Positions 8,125 to 17,253 of a stretch of DNA of 64,000 nt are shown piece by piece (within the stretch, counting starts at the first letter, position 1; each line of letters opens with the position of its first letter). The notes beneath the pieces are model-generated. The model saw only the letters and a program-made list of their open reading frames with translations, searched no databases and was not told where the DNA came from. The position numbers were made by a program, and so were the translations under genes. Source of the stretch: an uncultured Eubacteriales bacterium. Lineage in GTDB: Bacteria; Bacillota; Clostridia; Lachnospirales; Lachnospiraceae. The stretch spans positions 713-64,712 of the forward strand of contig ONED01000004.1 of NCBI GenBank assembly GCA_900316755.1. The letters are read 5' to 3'.

Positions 8125-11100
8125 TTATTCCGCTATCTCAATCTCTTTCTGCAGGGCAAACGAATAAATCATCTTTTCTTTCACATGCTTTCCGGTAATC
8201 TGTTCCAATGCCTTTGCATAATATGCAAGCTGGAGCTGATATTTATCTATAAGCTCCTGCTCCTTGTGTACCCGGTCCGTTTTATAGTCCAGCACCACCA
8301 GTTCCCCCTCTTCCTCAAAGTACACGTCAATAATTCCCTGAATCAGAATCATCTCTCCTCCGGTTCCATCATCGCCAAGTACAAATGGCTGTTCCGTATG
8401 GAGGAGCTTCTTTTGACATGCCCTTTTCAACCGTTGACCGATTGGAGCATGCAAAAAATGAAGAATCTCCGGAATCTCAACGCACTCCGCCATCTCCTCC
8501 GCCAAAAATCCCTTTTTCGTCATCTCATGGATGGCTTCCCAAAGCGCTGTCTCCTCATATTCCTTTGAGAAGTCTAAAAGCTCCAGCACTTTATGATAGG
8601 CACTGCCGCGGGAAGCGCCCGTAATTTTTACTTCTTTTTGCAAGAACTTCGGAAAAAGCGGAATCACCTCTTCTTCCTCCATTTCCTCTTCTTCCAGATA
8701 AGCTTTCTTTTTTAGTTCTGAGACAGACACCTTCTGTTTGGTTTTTGAATCTGACACGAACGGATACCGGAACCCGAACTGTTCTTCAAGCTGTTCTCTG
8801 ACCTTGGCATCGTACACCGCATCCGTATCCCACCGTTCTAGAATCTGCCTCGTAAACTGTTCCATGACCGTCTCTCTTATCTCCTCCTCGCAAAGCAGAG
8901 CCGGATTAAGCCAGTTTACTTTCATCGGCGCCTCAAAAGCCGGATTCCGGTATAAAGCCGGAATAACCCAGTCAAAATAGCTCCGGGCTTTCACAAGGCT
9001 TGTATACGGAAGCGCCTTCTCTTTACGTCCTTTCAATCGGATACAGCGCGAAAGCCTTGCTTCCGGATTCGTCACAGTTCCCGTAAGGATTAATTTTTCT
9101 TTGGCACGGGTCATGGCAACATAAAGAATGCGAAGCTCCTCTGCCGTCGTCTCTTTCTGGACTTCCTTTTGAATCATGCGTTTCAAAAGCGTAGGGGTTT
9201 TCGTTCTCCTCTCTAAATCTACCGCATCCAGACCTACTCCGAGGTTCGGATGAAGAACAATACCTGCATTTGCATCCTGCATATTGAACCGCTTATCCAT
9301 ACCGGCCACAAACACGATGGGAAATTCCAGCCCCTTGCTTTTATGGATACTCATAATCCGCACCACATCCGTGGACTCTTCGACGACATTTGCCTCCCCA
9401 TAGTCCACATCATATTTATGGAGCTGTTCAATATAACGTACAAAATGAAACAGCCCCTTATAGCTGGTTGATTCGAAACGAATGGCTTTTTCCACCAACA
9501 TTTCTAAGTTTGCACGTCGCTGCTCTCCTCCCGGCAATGCTGTCGTATAAGTTCCGTATCCGGTTTCATCCATAAGATTCCAAAGCAGAGTGTGGATTGC
9601 CGTATAAGGTACTCTTTTTCGCAGGCTTTCATATTGAGTCAGAAAGGTCTCAAGCTTCCTTTTCAAACTGCTGCATTCCCCCTGCTTCGCATAGGCGCAG
9701 GTTTTCTCATAAAAACAGATTCCTTCAAACCCATTCTGAATCTGTGCAAGCTCTTCCTCTGAAATTCCGGCGAAAGGAGAGGTAAGTACCGCCGCAAACG
9801 GAATATCCTGTCTCGGATTATCCAAAATGCGCAGATAATCCAGAATCATCCGAATTTCCCTCGTCTCAAAGTATCCTTCCTTGGAGCCGCTGTAGGCAGG
9901 CACCCCTTCCTGTCCCAGCGCACGGACGAACACATCCGCCCATCCTTTCAGGCTTCTCACCAGAATCACAATATCGCTGTATCTTGCCTTACGGTATTCT
10001 CCTGTCTTTGTATCCAGAATCTCATGGTTTCCCACCAGACTCTTGATTTTTCCGGCAAGAGCCCTTGCCTCCAGCTCCCGCAGATTTTCTTCCCCGGACA
10101 ATTCCGACGCATCTATAAGACAGACCTCCGTCTCATTTCCTGCGCGGTCTTCATAAGCCGCACCCACATGAAGGGCTGCTTTCTCGTCATAAGAAATTCC
10201 TCCAAAGCCCTCTGTCATAATCTGTTCGAACACAAAATTAGTGCTTTCCAGAACTTCCCGTCTGCTGCGGAAATTCTTGTGCAGGTCAATCTTCTGCATG
10301 GGACCGTCTTTGGCGCTGTAGGTACGGTATTTTTCCATAAAAAGCTCCGGTCTGGAAAGCCGGAACCGATAAATGCTCTGCTTCACATCCCCTACCATAA
10401 AGAGATTCGGTTTTCCCTGCGAAACCCTGGACACACTGGTCAAAATTGCCTCCTGAATCAGATTGCTGTCCTGATATTCATCAATCATGACCTCTAAGAA
10501 TTTTTCCTGATACTCTTTTGCCGCAGGACTCGGAAGATATTCTCCATTTACTTCCTCCGTCAGAATTTGGAGCGCATAATGCTCCATATCTCCAAAATCA
10601 ATCATATTTTTACTCTGCTTTTTCTGGGTATATGCAGCCGAAAATTCTTTCACCAACTTTGCCAGTACTCCCATGTTGGTCTTTGCCCCACACATATCCT
10701 TCTGCAGTTCTTCTGCAGACGCAAAGAAATAATCCTCCCGAATTGTCGAAACTGTCTTTTTCCATTCTTCCCGCAGTTCCTTTACCAGTTTGATTTTCTC
10801 TTCAGAGACTGTTTTATCCCGATTGCGTGCAAGGCTTTCCCATGAAAGACCGGAAAAGCCTTCCTGCATCGCCGCAAAGCTTTCTGCCTCCCGAATCCTT
10901 TTCAACCGGCTTTTGTCGGATTCCAGAGCACCAAGATACGCCTTCGGTCCGTCTTCCTCCCGGCAAATCCCCTCTGCAAACAAAATCGTTTCCTCAACAT
11001 CCACAAGAAGCTTCTCTGCCTCCTTCCGGACATTCATCACAAAAGGCGCCTCTTCCAGTTCAGAAACCGACCGGATATCATAGCGTGCTTCGTTTGTGTC

Positions 11101-11676
11101 AAGCCACGCCTTCGGATTCGGATAGCTTCTGGAATACTCGTATAGCTGCAGTAGGATCTCTTCCAGTCTTTTATCGTCCTTTCCCGCTGCAAAGCTCTCC
11201 ACAAAATCTAAAAATTCCGGATTTCCTTCCGCATAGCAGTTCTCCAAAAGCTCCTCCAAAACATCCCGTTTCAGAAGCTTTAGCTCGCCTTCCTCACCGA
11301 TACGGAATCCCGGATCCAAATCTATCGTATGAAAGTAGTCCCGTATGACCGAAAGGCAAAAGCTGTGAATGGTCGTCACCTGCGCATGATGAATCAGCGT
11401 GGACTGCCGTTGCAAATGGGCATTCTCCGGGTGCTCCTCCAGTTCTTTTTCAATGGCACTTCGAATTCGTTCCTTCATCTCAGAAGCAGCCGCCTCTGTG
11501 TACGTCACAATGAGAAGCCGGTCCACGTCAATCGGGTCAGGGTCTTTTGTAAGCCTTGCAATAATACGCTCTACCAGAACCGCTGTCTTTCCGGAACCGG
11601 CTGCCGCAGAGACCAGGATATTGCGGTCTCTAAGGTCAATTACCTGTTGTTGTTCCTTTGTAAATTTGATTCCCAA
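8125..11676 (-). CDS. addA: ATP-dependent helicase/nuclease subunit A
   Basis: SAAAGSGKT, DEYQD, VGDVKQSIYRFR, MSIHKSKGLEF, YVAMTRA; C-terminal nuclease GIID...LDYKTD. Confidence 0.96.
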   Translation of the reverse strand: MGIKFTKEQQQVIDLRDRNILVSAAAGSGKTAVLVERIIARLTKDPDPIDVDRLLIVTYTEAAASEMKERIRSAIEKELEEHPENAHLQRQSTLIHHAQVTTIHSFCLSVIRDYFHTIDLDPGFRIGEEGELKLLKRDVLEELLENCYAEGNPEFLDFVESFAAGKDDKRLEEILLQLYEYSRSYPNPKAWLDTNEARYDIRSVSELEEAPFVMNVRKEAEKLLVDVEETILFAEGICREEDGPKAYLGALESDKSRLKRIREAESFAAMQEGFSGLSWESLARNRDKTVSEEKIKLVKELREEWKKTVSTIREDYFFASAEELQKDMCGAKTNMGVLAKLVKEFSAAYTQKKQSKNMIDFGDMEHYALQILTEEVNGEYLPSPAAKEYQEKFLEVMIDEYQDSNLIQEAILTSVSRVSQGKPNLFMVGDVKQSIYRFRLSRPELFMEKYRTYSAKDGPMQKIDLHKNFRSRREVLESTNFVFEQIMTEGFGGISYDEKAALHVGAAYEDRAGNETEVCLIDASELSGEENLRELEARALAGKIKSLVGNHEILDTKTGEYRKARYSDIVILVRSLKGWADVFVRALGQEGVPAYSGSKEGYFETREIRMILDYLRILDNPRQDIPFAAVLTSPFAGISEEELAQIQNGFEGICFYEKTCAYAKQGECSSLKRKLETFLTQYESLRKRVPYTAIHTLLWNLMDETGYGTYTTALPGGEQRRANLEMLVEKAIRFESTSYKGLFHFVRYIEQLHKYDVDYGEANVVEESTDVVRIMSIHKSKGLEFPIVFVAGMDKRFNMQDANAGIVLHPNLGVGLDAVDLERRTKTPTLLKRMIQKEVQKETTAEELRILYVAMTRAKEKLILTGTVTNPEARLSRCIRLKGRKEKALPYTSLVKARSYFDWVIPALYRNPAFEAPMKVNWLNPALLCEEEIRETVMEQFTRQILERWDTDAVYDAKVREQLEEQFGFRYPFVSDSKTKQKVSVSELKKKAYLEEEEMEEEEVIPLFPKFLQKEVKITGASRGSAYHKVLELLDFSKEYEETALWEAIHEMTKKGFLAEEMAECVEIPEILHFLHAPIGQRLKRACQKKLLHTEQPFVLGDDGTGGEMILIQGIIDVYFEEEGELVVLDYKTDRVHKEQELIDKYQLQLAYYAKALEQITGKHVKEKMIYSFALQKEIEIAE

Positions 11677-14600
11677 GCTTCTGTCTCCTTTCTCATGTTT
11701 GCAAGTGCCTCTTCTTTTCCAATTTTTTTCAGATGCCGGTACTCATACCCCGGAAGTGTTTCATCAAACCCGCAGATTCCGCGGTACGGGCAAAAATCGC
11801 AGCCCTCTCTCCCATCCATTTCATACGGAGAGGCGCTCACTTCTCCCGCCAGAATTGCATTTCCGATTTGTGTCATCTTTTGCTCTGCAAATGTGGAAAT
11901 CACCCTGAAATCTTCCTCCCCAAGTGTCTTGGAAGTCTTGGAAAGGCTCCCGTCTTTGTTCCTCGCCACAGGAAGAACCGCCGACTGCCCTGTCAGATGA
12001 TGTTCCAAATGCTCCAAAACCTCCTCTGAGTGATTCACCACCCCGTCGGGTCTTAACGCCTTAAGTAGCTTTTCAGACTGTTTTTCGTCCCCTTCTTCCT
12101 TTGGAAGAAGCGGATCCTTCATCCGGTAGTAAAACAGTCCTGCAGGTACAATTCGTTTCCCGGGATGTTTTTTCGCCTCCATATCCATGGCTGCATTCAA
12201 GTAAACAACCAGCTGCATCTGCAGACCCTGGTACAGCTCTCCTAAATCAAAGACCTTCTCTCCTGTTTTATAATCAATGACCTTTACATAGACATCGTCC
12301 CCCGCTTCACAGACATCCACCCGGTCAATTTTTCCATGCAGGCGCATAGCATGACTGTCCGCAAGCGGGATAGCTCCGCTGTCGTATACAATCTCATACC
12401 CCTGTGGCAGAAAATCCCCTTTTTCAAGCTGCTGCCTAAGCGCCCAGACTGTGCGGTGCATCATCCTCTTAAGACGGGTAATCATGTATTCGTTTCTGGC
12501 ACTGCTGTACAGAATCGTATTGCCATAATCCACCACACATTCTTCCACACTTTCTTCAATCATCGTTTCCCGTTTTTCCTCCGGAACCGTAGTCCATGTA
12601 AAACCACTCCGTTCCAGCTTTTTAGAAAACCGCTCCATTGCACCATGAAACAAATTTCCCAAATCCACTGCCTGAAACCGGTACACCTCCCGCTCCCGAA
12701 GCCTAAGACCATATGTCAAAAAATGGGCACATGCACATGCCGAAAATGTTTCGAGCCTGCTCACACTGTTGGCCAATACTGTGCCATACAGTTCCTTGGC
12801 TGTCTCCTTCGAAAGTCTTTCCTCCGGTCTGCGATAAAAAGCCGCGTCTATCACCTGCCGGAGATTCTCCGCCTGCCCCGGATTCTTTTTGTACCATGTA
12901 TAGAGCTCCTGCCACTCTCCGGAAAGTCCCTGACTCTTTTTCTGCAGCCCTTCTGCCAGACAGGCAATCCCGCTTGCAGGTGTAAATTCCCTCCCCCGGA
13001 TGTCCTGTCCTATTCTCTGCACCCGCATCAGGGGATACAGCCGGAGCAAATCCGGAATCAAATATGCCGGGCGAAGTGCTTCTCCTTCCGCGGACGCCCT
13101 GCTGTATGTCAAAAACACCTGCTCTGACGGCTTTGTTAAAATCAAGTACAGATAGAACTTTTGAATGAATGCCTTCTCCTTTGCTCCCGGTGCCAGCATC
13201 ACACCGCTTTCTTCAAACTTCGTCCGGTCATGTTCCGAAAGCAGTCCTCCTGCTTTGACCTTTCCCGGAATATATGCGTCATTCATTCCCACAAAAAAGA
13301 GTACCTTAATATCCTTAACACGCGTTCTTTCAATATCGCCCACAACCACCTGATCCGGACTTGGCGGAATAATCCCCACCTTTGCCTCCTCAAGTCCTGC
13401 GTCCAGCAAATCACAATACTCCTGCAAAGAGAGCTTTTCCTCTCCCAAAAGCTCTACAAACTGGTCAAACAGCTCCATGACAATGCGGTAAATCTGCGCA
13501 TATTCTTTCTCAAGTGCCAATTCTCCCGCTTCGCGGAATGAGGTTTCATATTCCTTCACCTTTTTCTGCAGTTCATTCTCAAACAAAAATGTATGAAGCG
13601 CCCTCGTAATGCTCTCCACCGTTTTCGAACGGCTCTTCAGCGCTTCCATTACACCTTCCGTATTCTTCATAAATCGTTGGCGGATTTCATTTACCACAGC
13701 CAAATCCGCTTCTTCCATATCGGCAGTCCTGCGAATCCACTTTGACTGCCATTTTTTATAACCGCGGATTCCCATCGCCACGCAATAGTTTTCCAAAATA
13801 TCTATCTCCTCACAGGTAAACTCTGTAAGACCGGTTCTCAGATAACGGAATACACTTTCATAAGAAAAATTTTGCTGTGCCATTGCAAGGAGACTCCGCA
13901 GATATTCCACAAAAGAATTCAGAAGAATACTCCTCTTATGGTCCATAAAAACAGGAATTTCATAATCCGAAAATACCTTTTCCACATGGTTTGCGTAAGA
14001 TTCCATATCGCTGGTAATCACTGCAATCTCCCGATAGCGCATTCCCTCCGTGCGAACCAGATGCCGGATACGCTGCGCCACGAAATCCATTTCCTCTCTC
14101 GGATGCTTCGCACTGAAAACCTGAATACTGTCCTGCTCTTTCTGATAGACTGCCCTCCCATATCGGAACAAATGGGATTCCAAAAATCCCAGTGCCTCCC
14201 TCTCCCGGAAACGATATACCGGAATCCGGAACAATTCGATTGGCTCTTCTGTCTCGGTCCTGCACGCTCTTGCGATTTTTACCAGCGAATCTATCATCTT
14301 TTCGCTCAAATCAAACAAGGGAACCGACTTTACATTTCTCCCAATCGTCACCGTCACCACGACTTTTTCACACACGCAAAAAAGCTCCCGCAGGAGTTTA
14401 TTCTGCACCGGAGTAAATCCGGTAAACCCGTCCAGAACCACCACACTGTCCCTCAAAAGTTTTGATTTTGGAACCACTTCACAGAGCACCTCTAAAAGTT
14501 CTTCCCCGGTGATGTATTTTCCCTGCAGGTATTCTAAAAAGCCCCGATAGATGGCACTCATGTCTTTTAATTTATAATAAAAATTGGAATTCGGACCGTT

Positions 14601-15035
14601 TTCTTCCATCATTTGTTCCAGCGTTTCAAGCGGAATATCATACTGGGTGAACTCCGAAATGACGGATTTTACTTCCCCGATAAATCCGGTCTTTTTTAGG
14701 CTTCCTCTCAAAAGCGTAAGCTTTGGCTCCAAATCTCCCGCAATCTTCCGAAGGACAAAACTTTTCCCCACATCGCTTAACACAATGGGCTGATTCCCCC
14801 CTGTCTCCTCAAAAATACGATACGCCAGACGGTTAAAACTCAGTACATCCACATTCATAATGCCCCTCTTCGGACTTGCCATTACCAAATCCTTCTGGGT
14901 CTGCATGGTAAACTGCTCCGGAACGATGACAAAATAATTTTTATCCGGATGTTTTAGTGATTCCTCTGTCACTTTTTGATACAAATAATGAGACTTTCCG
15001 GAGCCGGAAGGTCCCATGACAAATTGTAAGCTCAT
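11640..15035 (-). CDS. addB: ATP-dependent helicase/nuclease subunit B
   Basis: GPSGSGKS, VPEQFT, GKIDRVD..DYKTG nuclease motif, Fe-S cysteines (SACAC; CDFCPYRGIC). Confidence 0.95.
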   Translation of the reverse strand: MSLQFVMGPSGSGKSHYLYQKVTEESLKHPDKNYFVIVPEQFTMQTQKDLVMASPKRGIMNVDVLSFNRLAYRIFEETGGNQPIVLSDVGKSFVLRKIAGDLEPKLTLLRGSLKKTGFIGEVKSVISEFTQYDIPLETLEQMMEENGPNSNFYYKLKDMSAIYRGFLEYLQGKYITGEELLEVLCEVVPKSKLLRDSVVVLDGFTGFTPVQNKLLRELFCVCEKVVVTVTIGRNVKSVPLFDLSEKMIDSLVKIARACRTETEEPIELFRIPVYRFREREALGFLESHLFRYGRAVYQKEQDSIQVFSAKHPREEMDFVAQRIRHLVRTEGMRYREIAVITSDMESYANHVEKVFSDYEIPVFMDHKRSILLNSFVEYLRSLLAMAQQNFSYESVFRYLRTGLTEFTCEEIDILENYCVAMGIRGYKKWQSKWIRRTADMEEADLAVVNEIRQRFMKNTEGVMEALKSRSKTVESITRALHTFLFENELQKKVKEYETSFREAGELALEKEYAQIYRIVMELFDQFVELLGEEKLSLQEYCDLLDAGLEEAKVGIIPPSPDQVVVGDIERTRVKDIKVLFFVGMNDAYIPGKVKAGGLLSEHDRTKFEESGVMLAPGAKEKAFIQKFYLYLILTKPSEQVFLTYSRASAEGEALRPAYLIPDLLRLYPLMRVQRIGQDIRGREFTPASGIACLAEGLQKKSQGLSGEWQELYTWYKKNPGQAENLRQVIDAAFYRRPEERLSKETAKELYGTVLANSVSRLETFSACACAHFLTYGLRLREREVYRFQAVDLGNLFHGAMERFSKKLERSGFTWTTVPEEKRETMIEESVEECVVDYGNTILYSSARNEYMITRLKRMMHRTVWALRQQLEKGDFLPQGYEIVYDSGAIPLADSHAMRLHGKIDRVDVCEAGDDVYVKVIDYKTGEKVFDLGELYQGLQMQLVVYLNAAMDMEAKKHPGKRIVPAGLFYYRMKDPLLPKEEGDEKQSEKLLKALRPDGVVNHSEEVLEHLEHHLTGQSAVLPVARNKDGSLSKTSKTLGEEDFRVISTFAEQKMTQIGNAILAGEVSASPYEMDGREGCDFCPYRGICGFDETLPGYEYRHLKKIGKEEALANMRKETEAWESNLQRNNNR

Positions 15036-15056
15036 CCTTGTCCTCCTGAACTGATG

Positions 15057-16304
15057 CTATTTTACTCTTTCATAAATTTCTGCCGGCACGTAGCCTTGTA
15101 CCAAAATGCCGTTCTCTTGATAGACTTCTGAAAGAAGCTCCCCGTATTTTCGAATAAGCTGAATCTTCCCTGCCTCCGCATAGGAATATCGTTTTTCGAT
15201 GAAAACCTTCTGCTCCCGGAGCACATCTTCTATCACTTGCAAAAGTATGCAAAGACCTTCCCCTGTCTTTGCAGAAATTCGCACAACATGGTCTGCTTTA
15301 AAATCTCGTAAAATAAAGTTGCCTTCCACCTTGTCCTGCTTGTTAAATGCAGTAATCACTGTCTTGTCTGTTACCTCCAGATTTTTAAGCGTCTCATATA
15401 CAATGTACATCTGCTCGTCCACCTGCGGATTTGACGCATCTACTACATGCAGAATGATATCGGCATATTTTGCCTCCTCCAGCGTGCTTCGGAACGCATC
15501 AATCAAGTGGTGCGGCAGTTTTCGAATGAATCCGACCGTATCCGTAATCAATACCTCCTGCCCGCTTGGCAGTTTTAAGTTTCTCGTCGTGGGATCCAGC
15601 GTCGCAAACAGCTTGTCCTCTTCTAACACCCCCGCGCCTGTCAGCCGGTTTAACAGCGTGGATTTCCCCGCATTGGTATACCCCACGATGGCAATCACCG
15701 GAATTTTGGTCTTATTCCTCTGCTCTCTCGTCACCTCCCGGTGCCGCTTCACATCCTTTAATTCCCTGCCAAGCTGGGCAATCCGATGCTGAATCAGCCG
15801 CCGGTCCGTCTCCAGCTTCTTCTCTCCGGGACCTCTGGTGCCGATTCCTCCGCCCAGTCTGGAAAGAGATTTTCCAAGACCGGCAAGTCTCGACTGACGA
15901 TACTTTAGCTGTGCCAGTTCTACCTGAATCTTTCCTTCATTGGTGGAGGATCTTTCCGCAAAAATATCAAGAATAATCAATGTCCGGTCCATCACCTTAG
16001 TATTTAACGCATCTTCCAGATTTCCAAGCTGCACCGGCGTCAGTTCGTCATCGCAGAGAATCCCGGTTGCTTCTGTCTCCCAGAGCAAATCCTTAATCTC
16101 CTCCAGTTTTCCCTTTCCCACATATGTTCCCGAATGAATCTGTTCCAGATTCTGCACCACTCTCCCCACTGCCACAGCTCCTGCTGTCGCCGCAAGCTCT
16201 TCCAGCTCATCCAGCGATTTTTCCGTATCATCCCTGTCATCAGTGCTGACGCCGACCAAAATCACCCTTTCCTCTATTTCCTGCAACTCTATCATCTCTG
16301 CCAT
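15057..16304 (-). CDS. hflX: Ribosome-splitting GTPase
   Basis: GKIQVELAQL, GIGTRGPGE, GYTNAGKS, LFATLDPT, DTVGFI, NKQD. Confidence 0.96.
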   Translation of the reverse strand: MAEMIELQEIEERVILVGVSTDDRDDTEKSLDELEELAATAGAVAVGRVVQNLEQIHSGTYVGKGKLEEIKDLLWETEATGILCDDELTPVQLGNLEDALNTKVMDRTLIILDIFAERSSTNEGKIQVELAQLKYRQSRLAGLGKSLSRLGGGIGTRGPGEKKLETDRRLIQHRIAQLGRELKDVKRHREVTREQRNKTKIPVIAIVGYTNAGKSTLLNRLTGAGVLEEDKLFATLDPTTRNLKLPSGQEVLITDTVGFIRKLPHHLIDAFRSTLEEAKYADIILHVVDASNPQVDEQMYIVYETLKNLEVTDKTVITAFNKQDKVEGNFILRDFKADHVVRISAKTGEGLCILLQVIEDVLREQKVFIEKRYSYAEAGKIQLIRKYGELLSEVYQENGILVQGYVPAEIYERVK

Positions 16305-16315
16305 ACAAGTCTCCC

Positions 16316-16834
16316 TTATCTGGTTTCCAAAAATTCCACGGTTTTGTCCATGCGGGTATCCTCCGGATAGTCTTCCACATAGGATGCCACCTTCTCTTTC
16401 ACCGTCTCCCAGTCTCCCATCGTCTGGTAGACTGCAATCTCATTATAGCGGATTTCCTGCTTCAGTTCTTCCGTGCAGTCCTCCATCTTCCGTGCTTTCT
16501 CGTAATAAGTCAGAGCGTCTTCATATGCCTCTAATTTTAGAGCACTCGCCGCCATCAGGCTGTAGAGTGTCGCCGTTTCTTCCGTTTTATTCTCCAGCGC
16601 CTGTTCGAACGAATCAAGCGCATCCGAATATTCCCCCAGCTCATACTGAGCAATTCCCATTCCCCGGTATGCTTCATCCAAATGCTTTCCGTCTGCAATC
16701 TCCTGTTCAAAACAGCCCAGCGCTTCTTCATATTTGTTTTCTTCCAAAAATGTAATTCCATCTTTCATATTGGAAGCACACCCTGTTATCAGGCATGCCG
16801 CCACAAGTAATAATCCCAATTTCCACCTGTTCAT
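16316..16834 (-). CDS. TPR-repeat lipoprotein
   Basis: Lipobox LITGC and TPR-like helices (EAYRGMGIAQYELGEYSDA). Start MNRWK after GGAGG (ORF track starts at 16849). Confidence 0.75.
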   Translation of the reverse strand: MNRWKLGLLLVAACLITGCASNMKDGITFLEENKYEEALGCFEQEIADGKHLDEAYRGMGIAQYELGEYSDALDSFEQALENKTEETATLYSLMAASALKLEAYEDALTYYEKARKMEDCTEELKQEIRYNEIAVYQTMGDWETVKEKVASYVEDYPEDTRMDKTVEFLETR

Positions 16835-16855
16835 CTGCTCTTCCTCCACAAAACC

Positions 16856-17221
16856 TTACTCCGCAATATGTTCCATACCCTGATTCAAAATACTCTGAAT
16901 ATGTCCATCTGCCAAAGAGTAATATACCGTCTTTCCCTCTCTTCTATTTTTAACCAGCTTCATCTGTTTTAACACACGGAGCTGGTGGGAAACCGCGGAC
17001 TGGGTCATCCCTGTGACCTCTGCCAAATCACAAACACACAGCTCGGACTGAAATAACACACACAAAATTTTAATCCTTGTCGGTTCTCCGAATATTTTGT
17101 AAAATTCTGCAAGACTCTGCATCATTTCCTCGTCCGGCATGCCGTCCTCTATCTGATGTACCAAACTGGTGTGCACATGATGTTCCTCACAACACATGCT
17201 CTCTGTTATCTGTTCTTTCAT
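16856..17221 (-). CDS. ArsR/SmtB (CadC-like) metal-sensing repressor
   Basis: FGEPTRIKIL, ELCVCDLA, SAVSHQLRVLK; N-terminal CC..HHVH and C-terminal DGH..MEH metal ligands. Confidence 0.92.
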   Translation of the reverse strand: MKEQITESMCCEEHHVHTSLVHQIEDGMPDEEMMQSLAEFYKIFGEPTRIKILCVLFQSELCVCDLAEVTGMTQSAVSHQLRVLKQMKLVKNRREGKTVYYSLADGHIQSILNQGMEHIAE

Positions 17222-17253
17222 GCTTTTCCTTCTTTCTATCTTCTATGAAGTCC

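Noticed and set aside
11640-11676. 37-bp overlap of addB and addA
   Set aside because: Ordinary translational coupling; both proteins look complete.
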